Shown here in pieces: positions 55,856 through 64,000 of a stretch of 64,000 nt of DNA. The notes under the pieces are model-generated. The model was not told where the DNA came from. It did not search any database and was given only the letters and a program-made list of their open reading frames with translations. The DNA lies in contig CAWJLW010000006.1 of the NCBI GenBank assembly GCA_963843795.1, positions 1,116,001-1,180,000 on the forward strand, given 5' to 3'. How positions within the stretch are numbered: the first letter of the stretch is position 1; each line of letters starts with the position of its first letter. A program made the translations under genes and the position numbers. Origin of the DNA: an uncultured bacterium (lineage in GTDB: Bacteria; Armatimonadota; Abditibacteriia; Abditibacteriales; Abditibacteriaceae).

Positions 55856-55864
55856 AATAAATAA

Positions 55865-56524
55865 CTACCTTTGTAAAAATGGATTGGTACGTTTTTCGGT
55901 TGCGATGGAAGTGTCGTTGCCATGTCCGGGCCAAATTCGCGTGGCTTCGGGCAGCGCTGCAAGTACTTGCAACGAAGTTTTTAAGTCGCTTTCCGAGCAG
56001 CTGGGCAAATCGGTGCGACCGACGCCGCCTTGAAACAGAACGTCGCCACTAAAACACCAGTCGTGGGCCACAAACTGAAACGCCACCGAGCCGGGCGAAT
56101 GACCTGGAACTTCCCAAACGCGCACTTCGTGACCGGCGAATTTGGTTTGCGAAACGCCTTGCCAATCGTGGTCGGGCACAGCGACTTCGGGCGCGGGCAA
56201 ACCCAGCCAAATCGACTGCTCGCGCAGATGTTCTATGAGAAAGTTATCCGCCGCGTGCATCCAGATCGGCACATCGAAAGCGCTTTTCCAGCGCGCATTA
56301 TCGTAAACGTGATCGAAATGGCCGTGGGTATTCCAAATCGCCGTAAGTTCGTAGCCAGCGTTTTCGAGTTCGTGCATCCGCGCGAACGCTTCGCCGCTAT
56401 CGATGGCCGGGTCGATGACCAGAGCTTGGTGCGTCGCGTCGTCGTAGAGCAGATACATCGTGTTGACGAGAGGGCCAGCGACGAAAGTTTCCAGATGAAG
56501 TGAAGAAGTTGAAAATTTGGGCAC
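55865..56524 (-). CDS. MBL-fold metallo-hydrolase (glyoxalase II/YcbL-like); start uncertain
   Basis: THGHFDH, PGHSPG, SGDVLF..GVGRTDLP, PGHG. Confidence 0.9.
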   Translation of the reverse strand: MPKFSTSSLHLETFVAGPLVNTMYLLYDDATHQALVIDPAIDSGEAFARMHELENAGYELTAIWNTHGHFDHVYDNARWKSAFDVPIWMHAADNFLIEHLREQSIWLGLPAPEVAVPDHDWQGVSQTKFAGHEVRVWEVPGHSPGSVAFQFVAHDWCFSGDVLFQGGVGRTDLPSCSESDLKTSLQVLAALPEATRIWPGHGNDTSIATEKRTNPFLQR

Positions 56525-56893
56525 ATTGCGATTGTAGCAAAATCGTGGTGCGATGGCTTTGGGGCGCACCACGAAATGTAAAGCGAACCATAGGCGATCC
56601 GGTTAGAAATTACGCAGCGTGAATCGGCTGCGCGCAACCGATCGTCGCACTTGGCTCGGGTTAACCCTTAACAGACATAATCCGTCAATAATTTTGAGTT
56701 CGTAAATTTCTAACGCGTTCAATCTGTCACGAACTGATTCTCATCATAAGTTACTGAATTATTGAATATTATTGAATGAGAATTGCATTTAAATAATTGA
56801 CAATCATTGATTTTGTAATGGTTTATTTTATGAATTACAATTTTAGATATTGCAATTGATAGTCGAAATGGGATCATTCTTCAAAGGAGATTT

Positions 56894-58651
56894 ATGAAAA
56901 CCAGCAACTCTATGAGCCGACGCTTACGGTTTCACGCGCTGAGTGCAACGGCGTTGAGCATTTTTTGCTTGGTGGCGACGGCACACGCGCAGCCCACTGA
57001 CGCGCAAATTAAGAAAGATTTGACCGGCAAAGATACGGTTAAAATCGAACTGAGCCAGAAGCCGGGACGCAAAAGCTGGAGCAGTGCGTTCACGCAGTTT
57101 TTTTGGGAGCGCAACGCGGTCGTCACACGCAAAGCGGGCTTGGCCGAATATCCCGATGCGACGGTGCAAATCGGTGGTTTTGCGCGTTATACGATTGTCG
57201 GTGGCAAATATTCTTACCGCGAATTCAAAGTGACATGGAACGAATATTTTGGCATTCCCAAGCCCAGCCCCGACGACATTGTGAAATTGGTGCGCTCTAA
57301 CTTGCCCGAATTTGTCGGTAGCAATCCGTTTCGCAACGAAATCGTCAGCGAAGTGAAAAATTTGAAATTGGCCGACGATCCGAAGTGGGAGTGGCACACG
57401 CCCAACAGCGTTTCGATGAACGTCGTGGGTTATTTCAGCCGGCTGGCGAATGAGAACAAAGTCGAAAATGTGGCGCAGGTTTATCGCGTGCGATTGTACC
57501 GCGAAAAAATTAAAGACCCGTTTGCCAGGTTTTTGTCCAGTCGCGAAGAAACCAAAGTTCTCGATACCAAAACCCTGTCCGAAAACGAAATCAAAGCGCT
57601 GCGCACGTTGGGCCAGTTACAGGAAGATAAAAGCGCATCTGCCGATTTGGCGAGACTGCCGGAAATTGAAGTGCCAGCTTTCACGCAAGATATGGATTTG
57701 TTTTTGTACACGCACAAAATGTTGCGTGAAGCTTCGCGTCCTGAACTCGAAGCCTATTTGCTGAAAGCAATGGCGCCGCAGCATTTTGTCGAAGGCCGCT
57801 GGCCATTGATGACGCCACGCGGCCTGGAAACTTTGAATCAGGCGCTCGAAGCGGCGCACGATGGCAAGATGAAATACGCGGGTCAGTATTGCGCCGATCC
57901 CGTTGTCAAACACTATCAGGCTGGTATGGTGCAAATTTACAACGAAATTTTGCCGCTGCAAGCCAGTTTCAGCCGCATGACGGCGGTCGTGAGCGGCCAG
58001 AAATTCGTCAATGGCGTGAAGACCGGCGGCGAATTGAAATTGGGCGCTCTGGAAATCGGTATGACCGATAAAGCCGAGCACATCGAATATCTGAAATCGT
58101 TCACTTCGCCCGAAAAATTGTGCGCGTTGCACGCGGGCAAAAAAACGCTGTCAATGCTGGCTACCGAACAGGGCGCTTCTGCTGGCGCCGCGCTGGCGGC
58201 AGCAGAAGCGGGGCCAATGGAATGGACAGCGTATGAGCCGAAGGGTGGACGGTTGAAAATCGCCTTTCCCGCCGAACCCACCAAAGAAGAAGATAATCTG
58301 AGCGGCAAATATCCGCGCACGACTTGGACGGTCAATCATCCCACAGCGATTTACAAAGCCAGCGCGACGGTTTTTCCGCAGAAACTGGGCTTTGCCGCGT
58401 CGCAAAATCTGATTCAGCAAATGGCCGACAGCCTAGCGCAGGCCAATGGGCTGCAAATCAAGAAGCGCACAGAATATCGCATCGGCACTACGGGACAAAT
58501 TTATACGATGGAAAAAGACAATTTGCTGATTAAATACCGCGTCTATGTCGTCGATGATGTGATGTACGAGCTAATGATGTCGATGGCGAAAAACGATAGC
58601 AAAGCTGAAAACGAGAAAACGTTTTTTGATTCGTTTCAGCCCATAGGTTGA
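56894..58651 (+). CDS. secreted hypothetical protein with C-terminal PsbP/DcrB-like domain
   Basis: AAGGAG SD; signal peptide AHA|Q; C-terminal W...KIAFPAEP...FFDSFQ pattern. Confidence 0.75.
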   Translation: MKTSNSMSRRLRFHALSATALSIFCLVATAHAQPTDAQIKKDLTGKDTVKIELSQKPGRKSWSSAFTQFFWERNAVVTRKAGLAEYPDATVQIGGFARYTIVGGKYSYREFKVTWNEYFGIPKPSPDDIVKLVRSNLPEFVGSNPFRNEIVSEVKNLKLADDPKWEWHTPNSVSMNVVGYFSRLANENKVENVAQVYRVRLYREKIKDPFARFLSSREETKVLDTKTLSENEIKALRTLGQLQEDKSASADLARLPEIEVPAFTQDMDLFLYTHKMLREASRPELEAYLLKAMAPQHFVEGRWPLMTPRGLETLNQALEAAHDGKMKYAGQYCADPVVKHYQAGMVQIYNEILPLQASFSRMTAVVSGQKFVNGVKTGGELKLGALEIGMTDKAEHIEYLKSFTSPEKLCALHAGKKTLSMLATEQGASAGAALAAAEAGPMEWTAYEPKGGRLKIAFPAEPTKEEDNLSGKYPRTTWTVNHPTAIYKASATVFPQKLGFAASQNLIQQMADSLAQANGLQIKKRTEYRIGTTGQIYTMEKDNLLIKYRVYVVDDVMYELMMSMAKNDSKAENEKTFFDSFQPIG

Positions 58652-58663
58652 AAGCTGATCCAG

Positions 58664-58695
58664 AAAGTCTCCTGCAAGTACTTGCAGGAGACTTT
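58664..58695 (+). terminator. 32-bp perfect palindrome centred on the iterated motif, with T tail
   Basis: AAAGTCTCCTGCAAGT|ACTTGCAGGAGACTTT then TTT. Confidence 0.82.
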
Positions 58696-58727
58696 TTTGT
58701 GTTGACGTTCGTTAAACTCAGCGGTCA

Positions 58728-59216
58728 ATGGAACATATTTTAAAACGCAGCCAAATTATTCCGCGTCCGCGCGCTGAAGTCTTTGAATTCTTTTCCGATG
58801 CAGGAAATTTGCAGCGTATTACGCCGCCCGAATTGAACTTTGAAATTCTCACGCCGCTGCCGATTGAAATGAAAACTGGCGCTCTGATTGATTATCAACT
58901 CAAATTGCATGGAGTGCCGATGGGTTGGAAAACTGAAATTACGCAATGGAATCCGCCGCACAATTTCGTTGATACCGCGCTAAAAAGCCCATACAAACAA
59001 TGGATTCATTTGCACACGTTTCGCGATGGCGAAGCCCGCGATGGCGAAGCCCGCGATGGCGAAACAGGCATAACGGTGATGGATGATTGCGTGCGTTATC
59101 GTTTGCCATTCGAGCCACTGGGTGAAGTGGCGCATTTTTTGGTCAGAAAGCAAGTTGAAGCGATTTTTGATTACCGGTGCAAAATCATCGCGGAGATTTT
59201 CGCTGTGTCCTCTTGA
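58728..59216 (+). CDS. SRPBCC family protein
   Basis: EVFEFFSDAGNLQRITPP, FVD...PYKQWIHLHTF, IFDYR. Confidence 0.88.
   Translation: MEHILKRSQIIPRPRAEVFEFFSDAGNLQRITPPELNFEILTPLPIEMKTGALIDYQLKLHGVPMGWKTEITQWNPPHNFVDTALKSPYKQWIHLHTFRDGEARDGEARDGETGITVMDDCVRYRLPFEPLGEVAHFLVRKQVEAIFDYRCKIIAEIFAVSS
59022..59063 (+). repeat. in-frame 15-bp tandem repeat (2.8 copies; RDGEA)
   Basis: CGCGATGGCGAAGCC x2 + CGCGATGGCGAA. Confidence 0.9.
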
Positions 59217-59366
59217 AATAGTGAAAAGATAGAGAAAATTAAATGGCGATTTCTAATCGAATTGACTGAAGCTATTGATGAAATGTGAACATTTTCATTA
59301 TGGATGCAACATAATGCTGGCCTCAAACGTCCAAAATTCAAATTGTCGCAAAATCGAGAGCAACTT

Positions 59367-61208
59367 ATGGCTACTTTAACTCACAATTCTTCAACTGCTA
59401 CAACGCAGTCGCAAGCCGACGATATTTTGACTTGCGCGGCTTGTGGAGCGGCTAACGCTGCTGATTCGAGCTTCTGCCGAAAATGCGGTGAACAGCTGAT
59501 CGCCGCTTCGGTAACATCGATTGACGCTTCGGTGGCGCCCGATGTCCCGCCCACTGATGTCAAGCGAACCAGCACTGTGGGCGATGAAACGCGCGCTCGT
59601 CATCTGCTGGATCGCGCTTTTGCTCTAGCCGAACGCGGCGATATGGCGGGGGCAGTTTTGGCGTGTCGTCAATCGGTGGCGCTGGCACCCGATGTGCCTC
59701 AAGGGTTTTCGATGCTGGGCTTGTTGCTCGAACGCAACGGCGATTTGCAGGGCGCAGCTAATGCTTACACGCGCGTTTTGCATCTGGCACCCGGCAGTCG
59801 ATTGGAAGAAGAAAGCTTAGCCCGGCTGCGCGCTTCCATTGACAGTGCGTCGTCTTCACGCCGCAAAACCGCCACGACTTTCAATTTCGACGATAACGAT
59901 CTCGACTTGCAAGCTGACGATGCTTCCGATAACCGTGCGCGCGCATCTGTGGTTCCGACAGCGGCAGTTCCGGTCGCGGCGGCAATTCCTGCGGTGGCTG
60001 CGGATGCTGTCGCGTCAGCTGACAAACATGGAACTCAACGCTTGACGCCCAACAACGCCACGCCGGTCGCGGCATCGATTGGGACAATGGCACCAGCGTC
60101 GGTAGGTGTTGCTGCTCCATTGCGCACCACCTCTGCGGTGCCAGCTTCGATTCCTGCGATATCGGCATTGAATTTTGACGTGGTGGATGAGCCACAACTG
60201 CCGTTGTGGCGACAGATTGCGGCGCGCCCGAATTTTTACTGGAGCGGCTTGCCTTTAGCCGGAGCCGCTTTGCTGGGTCTGCTGGTAATGAGTTGGGGCC
60301 GCTCAAATGCGCTTTCGCATTTAAATGCCGCGCCCGCAACCACGCTTAGCGAAGTGCCTAAAACTCAGGCTGCGCCCGTTGATTCCGGTGTGACTGATGC
60401 GGCCAACACAACTGTGCCGGATTACTCGGTGAATACGCCGCCCAGAGCGACTGGCGGCGTTGGCCCCAACGATTCGCTTCCGTTCGGCTCGGCTCCGCGT
60501 CCCGCGCCCGCTGCGCAGGTTGTGCCTAACAATGCGGCTCCAAACAATTCGGCAGCTAACAGTGCTTCGAACCGTAATAGCGCTGCGGGCGATAATCGAC
60601 GGGTGCAAAACAGTTCAACGCGCACTTCGGGTCGATCGTCTTCAGCGCCGCAACCCTCTTTTCCCTCGCCAGCACAGCAGGTAATTCCACCAGCGATGCC
60701 GAGTATGCTGCCGCCAGTGCGCACACAACCTTCGACTTTGCCGGGTTCGACAGCGATTGAGGTCACGCCTTCGTACGGTCAGTCGAATGCGAACAGCAAT
60801 GTGGCTTCTTCGGGCGGCGCGCCCTTTGGAGCCACTGCACCCAAAAGCAGTGGTTACATTACGCTGACTCGGCCGCGTTCGCCCGCCTCTGCGTCGTCGC
60901 GACCTTCCAATAACGCCAGTAGCGCCGAGCGCGCGGCGGCCAACGCCAGCAGTTCGGGGCGCGGCAATGATGCCATCGATAGCATCAATTCGGCTTTGCA
61001 AAACGGCGGTGATACTGGCTGGCGTTACCAACAGCGTGCGCTGTTGTTTTTGGAGCGTGGCGATAATCAGCGTGCTGCCGATGATTTTCAAACCGCAATT
61101 GCTGCTTACCGCGATCAAGTTAATCGCGGCGAACGCGTGAGCGAAGCCAAAGCCGGAATTCAGGCTTGCCAGAGCGGTTTGCGTCTGGCGCTGGCCAACG
61201 CGCGCTAA
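59367..61208 (+). CDS. zinc-ribbon/TPR membrane protein with low-complexity linker and C-terminal TPR
   Basis: CAACG...FCRKCG; TPR pairs; one TM (LPLAGAALLGLLVMSW). Confidence 0.75.
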   Translation: MATLTHNSSTATTQSQADDILTCAACGAANAADSSFCRKCGEQLIAASVTSIDASVAPDVPPTDVKRTSTVGDETRARHLLDRAFALAERGDMAGAVLACRQSVALAPDVPQGFSMLGLLLERNGDLQGAANAYTRVLHLAPGSRLEEESLARLRASIDSASSSRRKTATTFNFDDNDLDLQADDASDNRARASVVPTAAVPVAAAIPAVAADAVASADKHGTQRLTPNNATPVAASIGTMAPASVGVAAPLRTTSAVPASIPAISALNFDVVDEPQLPLWRQIAARPNFYWSGLPLAGAALLGLLVMSWGRSNALSHLNAAPATTLSEVPKTQAAPVDSGVTDAANTTVPDYSVNTPPRATGGVGPNDSLPFGSAPRPAPAAQVVPNNAAPNNSAANSASNRNSAAGDNRRVQNSSTRTSGRSSSAPQPSFPSPAQQVIPPAMPSMLPPVRTQPSTLPGSTAIEVTPSYGQSNANSNVASSGGAPFGATAPKSSGYITLTRPRSPASASSRPSNNASSAERAAANASSSGRGNDAIDSINSALQNGGDTGWRYQQRALLFLERGDNQRAADDFQTAIAAYRDQVNRGERVSEAKAGIQACQSGLRLALANAR

Positions 61209-61221
61209 GCTCGTTTAAACC

Positions 61222-61259
61222 CAAATTGGGCGCTGCAAGTACTTGCAGTGCCCAATTTG
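61222..61259. repeat. 38-bp palindrome (1 mismatch) centred on the iterated motif
   Basis: CAAATTGGGCGCTGCAAGT|ACTTGCAGTGCCCAATTTG. Confidence 0.82.
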
Positions 61260-61362
61260 AGTTAGTATTGAAAGCGTCGTTGGTTAATGAAAGCTACAAA
61301 GCTACTGAAATTTGCAAAATGATTGTCCAACCCAATCCGCTTTCCGGCGACGGTGAAGAAAA

Positions 61363-63885
61363 ATGAAACACATCGCAAAACTTCCTTCCAGTTCCTTGAT
61401 CTCTTCTCTTTCCCGCCGTCCGCTGCGCTGGATCACCTTGTCTCCCGCCGATTTATCACCTGTTGCGCTGGCTGCGCTCGCATCGCCCACAACAGCACGA
61501 CGTGGTGTGGCTCTCACTACTATTGGGGCGCTGTGTCTGCCCACTCTAATGTCGAGCCTGCCAGTCGCCGCGCAAACTAAAAATCCGCCGCCCGCCACTG
61601 CGACCGCCGCTCCCGATACTGTTACTCCACCTGCGCCGGTCAATGCGCCCATCGTCAATCCCGCAGCGGCTAATGGCGTGAATGTGCTCATCGTGTCTTT
61701 CGATGATCTGACGCTTCCCGTTCCTCCGGCGGTTGCCAGTGCAAGCTTATCGCCGATAACTCCGTCGCTGGATAAGACACCCGCTTTGCCGCCCGCCCTG
61801 GTGCCGTCAGTGGGCGTTACTACCCCCACGCTACCTGCTCCGTCACCTTTAACCGCCCCTGCTCCTTTAACCGCGCCTGAGACCAAGCCGGCGACGCAAG
61901 AACCGCCGCAGCGACCAGCGATCACACCAGCAGCATCGCTTTTGTTAGATGCGTGGCCACATTGGAATGTGCTGGCGAAAAAAGCGCCACCACCACCCGA
62001 CTCTCGGTTCGACATGAAGCCCGAACCCATGCAGACTTATTCGCCCGACAGAAATGGCGTTTCAACGACACCCTCTGCTACAACTGCTTCTGGTAGCGCA
62101 ACTTCGCCTGCCGCGCCTGGAACTTCGTCTGGTGCTGCAAGCAACAGTGGCAATTTCGGCCCCGGTGATTTTGGTTCGAGGAATGTAGTGTCATCGTCGC
62201 CGTTTGCGTTAGGTTCAGGGAATGTGGGAGGCAGCGCCGGAGGTTCACCTTTTGTGGTCGGTGCAGCTCAGATGGCCTCGGCGCCCTTACGTCGTGCTTT
62301 GGTGGCCAGCGGATTTCCCGATGTCTTGAACGCTGCGCCCAATAGCAACACCTTGCAGCGCGTTTTTAATAGCAATCGACTTTCACCGGGCGTCGTCGAA
62401 GCGTTGCGCGTCGAGATGGCGCGTTTGGCTTTGGCGACCACAGCTCCCATCGAAAATCCAACCGTACTGGAAAAAAGTGCGGATGTGAAAAGCGCGCCAG
62501 AAAATGAAGCCGCGCCGGAAATTGTTCAGAACATGATGCCTTTGACTTACAGCGCGGCTTACCGTGCAGGAGCGCGCATCGGTCAGGCGGTGGGTTATCG
62601 CGCGGTGATTGCGATGGGAATGCTACCACAGTCAAGTCGGGAAGGCGAAGCGGAGAATGCGGCGACTTTTGTGATGATGGTAATTGATGCCGGTCGCGAA
62701 ACCGGCGACCAGATGGTGTTTCGCGAAAGTGGCACCAGCGCGCTGGCTCTCAACGAAAGTGCGGCCCTGGTGGCCAGCGCCTACATCACGCGCGAGACCG
62801 CCAAATGGCCGGTGTTAACCGAGCGCGACAAAAATGCGCGCGCTGATGCTTATCTTTTGCAAGCGCGCGCTTCAATGCAAGCGGGCAACTTCGACGAGGC
62901 GCGCAACACGATCAATCAAGTGTTGGCGTTCGATCCCAATCGCACAGAAGCGCGCTTATTGTTGGCCGATATGCTGCGCTCAACCGACCCTACAGCTTCG
63001 GCGCGCGTCTACAACAATGTGCTGGAAGCTGGCGGTGGCGATGGGCCGACGTGGGCCAAAGCTGCTATCTCGTTCACTCTGGGAGATACCCCTGATTGGC
63101 CGGCAGCGCTCAGCGCTGCCCGAAAAGCTCTGGCCTTGAAATACGATTCTTCAGCTCTGCGGCAAGCAATGGCAACTGCAGAGCTGGGTCGCGCGATGCT
63201 GTTTCGTAATGCCGACCGAGTCGAATCGGCGGAAAATGCCGAAGCTGAAGCCGAAAAACATCTCAATCGTGCACTGGAAATGGCGCCCGATGATCCCGCC
63301 ATCACGCGACTGATGATGCGTCAGTTGGTGCAAAGCGGTCGATACGCGCAGGCGCTGGTGGCGATGGATCGCATTGTGGTGATGTATCCCGATGATGTCG
63401 ATCTGCAAAGCCAATATGCCATCGCGTTACTGAAATCCAACGGACGCGATGAAGATGCTTTCGGGGCGTGGGCGCGCGCTTTCGCCTTGAGCGGAGAAGC
63501 GCCAATGACGCCGGATACGTTCACTTACCGCCACTTGGCCGAAGGTTTCGATCAGCGCGAGTCAAACCTTGGAAAGCGCGCCGGACAACTGTCGGCCAGC
63601 GTCGCTGCGGGCAATACTTCACGAGAAGCCGCGTTGGTACAAATGAATCGCTACGATCAGGACGCTGAGCAGGCCGGGGTTGCCATTAAAGCCCTGACGC
63701 CGACGCTCGACGGTCGTGGTGGCGTGTTGCACGCTTCGCGTGTGGCTGCTGCCGACCTAATGGCACAAGCCATCGCCAATCATCAAACTTATCTGGAAAC
63801 CGGACAGGGATTGTACCGCGACCGCGCCAACGAATTGCACCGTCAAGCCATTGTCGTTATTAATATGGCGCGCACCGGACGCTGA
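61363..63885 (+). CDS. large exported Pro/Ala-rich TPR protein
   Basis: 840-aa ORF; hydrophobic segment ending VAA|Q; Pro-rich N-terminus; TPR-like repeats in the C-terminal half. Confidence 0.75.
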   Translation: MKHIAKLPSSSLISSLSRRPLRWITLSPADLSPVALAALASPTTARRGVALTTIGALCLPTLMSSLPVAAQTKNPPPATATAAPDTVTPPAPVNAPIVNPAAANGVNVLIVSFDDLTLPVPPAVASASLSPITPSLDKTPALPPALVPSVGVTTPTLPAPSPLTAPAPLTAPETKPATQEPPQRPAITPAASLLLDAWPHWNVLAKKAPPPPDSRFDMKPEPMQTYSPDRNGVSTTPSATTASGSATSPAAPGTSSGAASNSGNFGPGDFGSRNVVSSSPFALGSGNVGGSAGGSPFVVGAAQMASAPLRRALVASGFPDVLNAAPNSNTLQRVFNSNRLSPGVVEALRVEMARLALATTAPIENPTVLEKSADVKSAPENEAAPEIVQNMMPLTYSAAYRAGARIGQAVGYRAVIAMGMLPQSSREGEAENAATFVMMVIDAGRETGDQMVFRESGTSALALNESAALVASAYITRETAKWPVLTERDKNARADAYLLQARASMQAGNFDEARNTINQVLAFDPNRTEARLLLADMLRSTDPTASARVYNNVLEAGGGDGPTWAKAAISFTLGDTPDWPAALSAARKALALKYDSSALRQAMATAELGRAMLFRNADRVESAENAEAEAEKHLNRALEMAPDDPAITRLMMRQLVQSGRYAQALVAMDRIVVMYPDDVDLQSQYAIALLKSNGRDEDAFGAWARAFALSGEAPMTPDTFTYRHLAEGFDQRESNLGKRAGQLSASVAAGNTSREAALVQMNRYDQDAEQAGVAIKALTPTLDGRGGVLHASRVAAADLMAQAIANHQTYLETGQGLYRDRANELHRQAIVVINMARTGR

Positions 63886-63914
63886 AACGCTCTGCAAGTA
63901 CTTGCAGAGCGTTT
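63885..63914. repeat. 30-bp perfect palindrome centred on the iterated motif
   Basis: AAACGCTCTGCAAGT|ACTTGCAGAGCGTTT. Confidence 0.85.
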
Positions 63915-63931
63915 GAAGAAGGTTTGAAATC

Positions 63932-64000
63932 ATGTCGTTGAGCAAAATTTTGATGGTGATGGGCGCCTTGATTTTCGTCGCGGGCATTGTTGTCGAAGCC
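63932..64000 (+). CDS. 5' part of a small membrane protein (truncated by the window end)
   Basis: MSLSKILMVMGALIFVAGIVVEA, open to the edge. Confidence 0.45.
   Translation, partial: MSLSKILMVMGALIFVAGIVVEA

Larger units (their letters stand above)
1359..63905. repeat. dispersed highly iterated palindrome GCAAGTACTTGC (often CTGCAAGTACTTGCAG)
   Basis: Exact 12-mer starts counted by eye: 1359, 3707, 3936, 4343, 5556, 7349, 7438, 9019, 9549, 10671, 12407, 14024, 15000, 16588, 19432, 20343, 28017, 29573, 30490, 31595, 32588, 34323, 35436, 36935, 40056, 40071, 41247, 43638, 46735, 47637, 50295, 51354, 53171, 54134, 54831, 55062, 55959, 58674, 61235, 63894. Variants near 1338, 11135, 17803, 21606, 24008, 24214, 25482, 28119, 51470, 53980. 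Confidence 0.97.

Noticed and set aside
1359..63905. Iterated palindrome as a CRISPR array or integron attC array
   Set aside because: Copies are irregularly dispersed over kilobases and many lie inside housekeeping CDSs; there is no repeat-spacer periodicity, no cas or integrase gene, and no GTTRRRY/RYYYAAC ends.
4332..63914. Motif hairpins as a MITE/IS or classical REP family
   Set aside because: Only the 12-16 bp core is shared; I saw no common arms, no target-site duplications and no transposase in the window. A RAYT elsewhere in the genome cannot be excluded.

Overview
A bacterial chromosomal window of roughly 54% GC (estimated by eye). Gene content, including a prepilin-type H-X9-DG protein, lgt/lspA and an alginate-export-type outer-membrane protein, suggests a diderm such as Abditibacteriota or Armatimonadota; this is inference. 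It carries housekeeping genes (rpsB, tsf, purN, purH, lysC, ileS, lspA, lgt, aat, an RluA-family gene, tgt, ftsZ, dcd, uppP, wecB, glyA), a ~13 kb nitrate-assimilation cluster (11227-24458), and many secreted or TPR proteins. No rRNA, tRNA, CRISPR array, IS or phage genes were recognised. The dominant unexplained signal is a highly iterated palindrome, (CT)GCAAGTACTTGC(AG). I counted 40 exact 12-mer copies by eye plus about 10 variants: 26 intergenic and 14 inside genes in all three reading frames. The intergenic copies often centre long spacerless palindromes whose arms differ at each site. The second strongest signal is a sigma-70-family gene with a ~128-aa C-terminal domain and an internal SD+ATG at the head of the nitrate cluster, together with GlnR-box-like 11-bp-periodic repeats upstream of three cluster genes. 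Frameshifts in ileS, glyA and a LysM protein are most likely sequencing or assembly indels.
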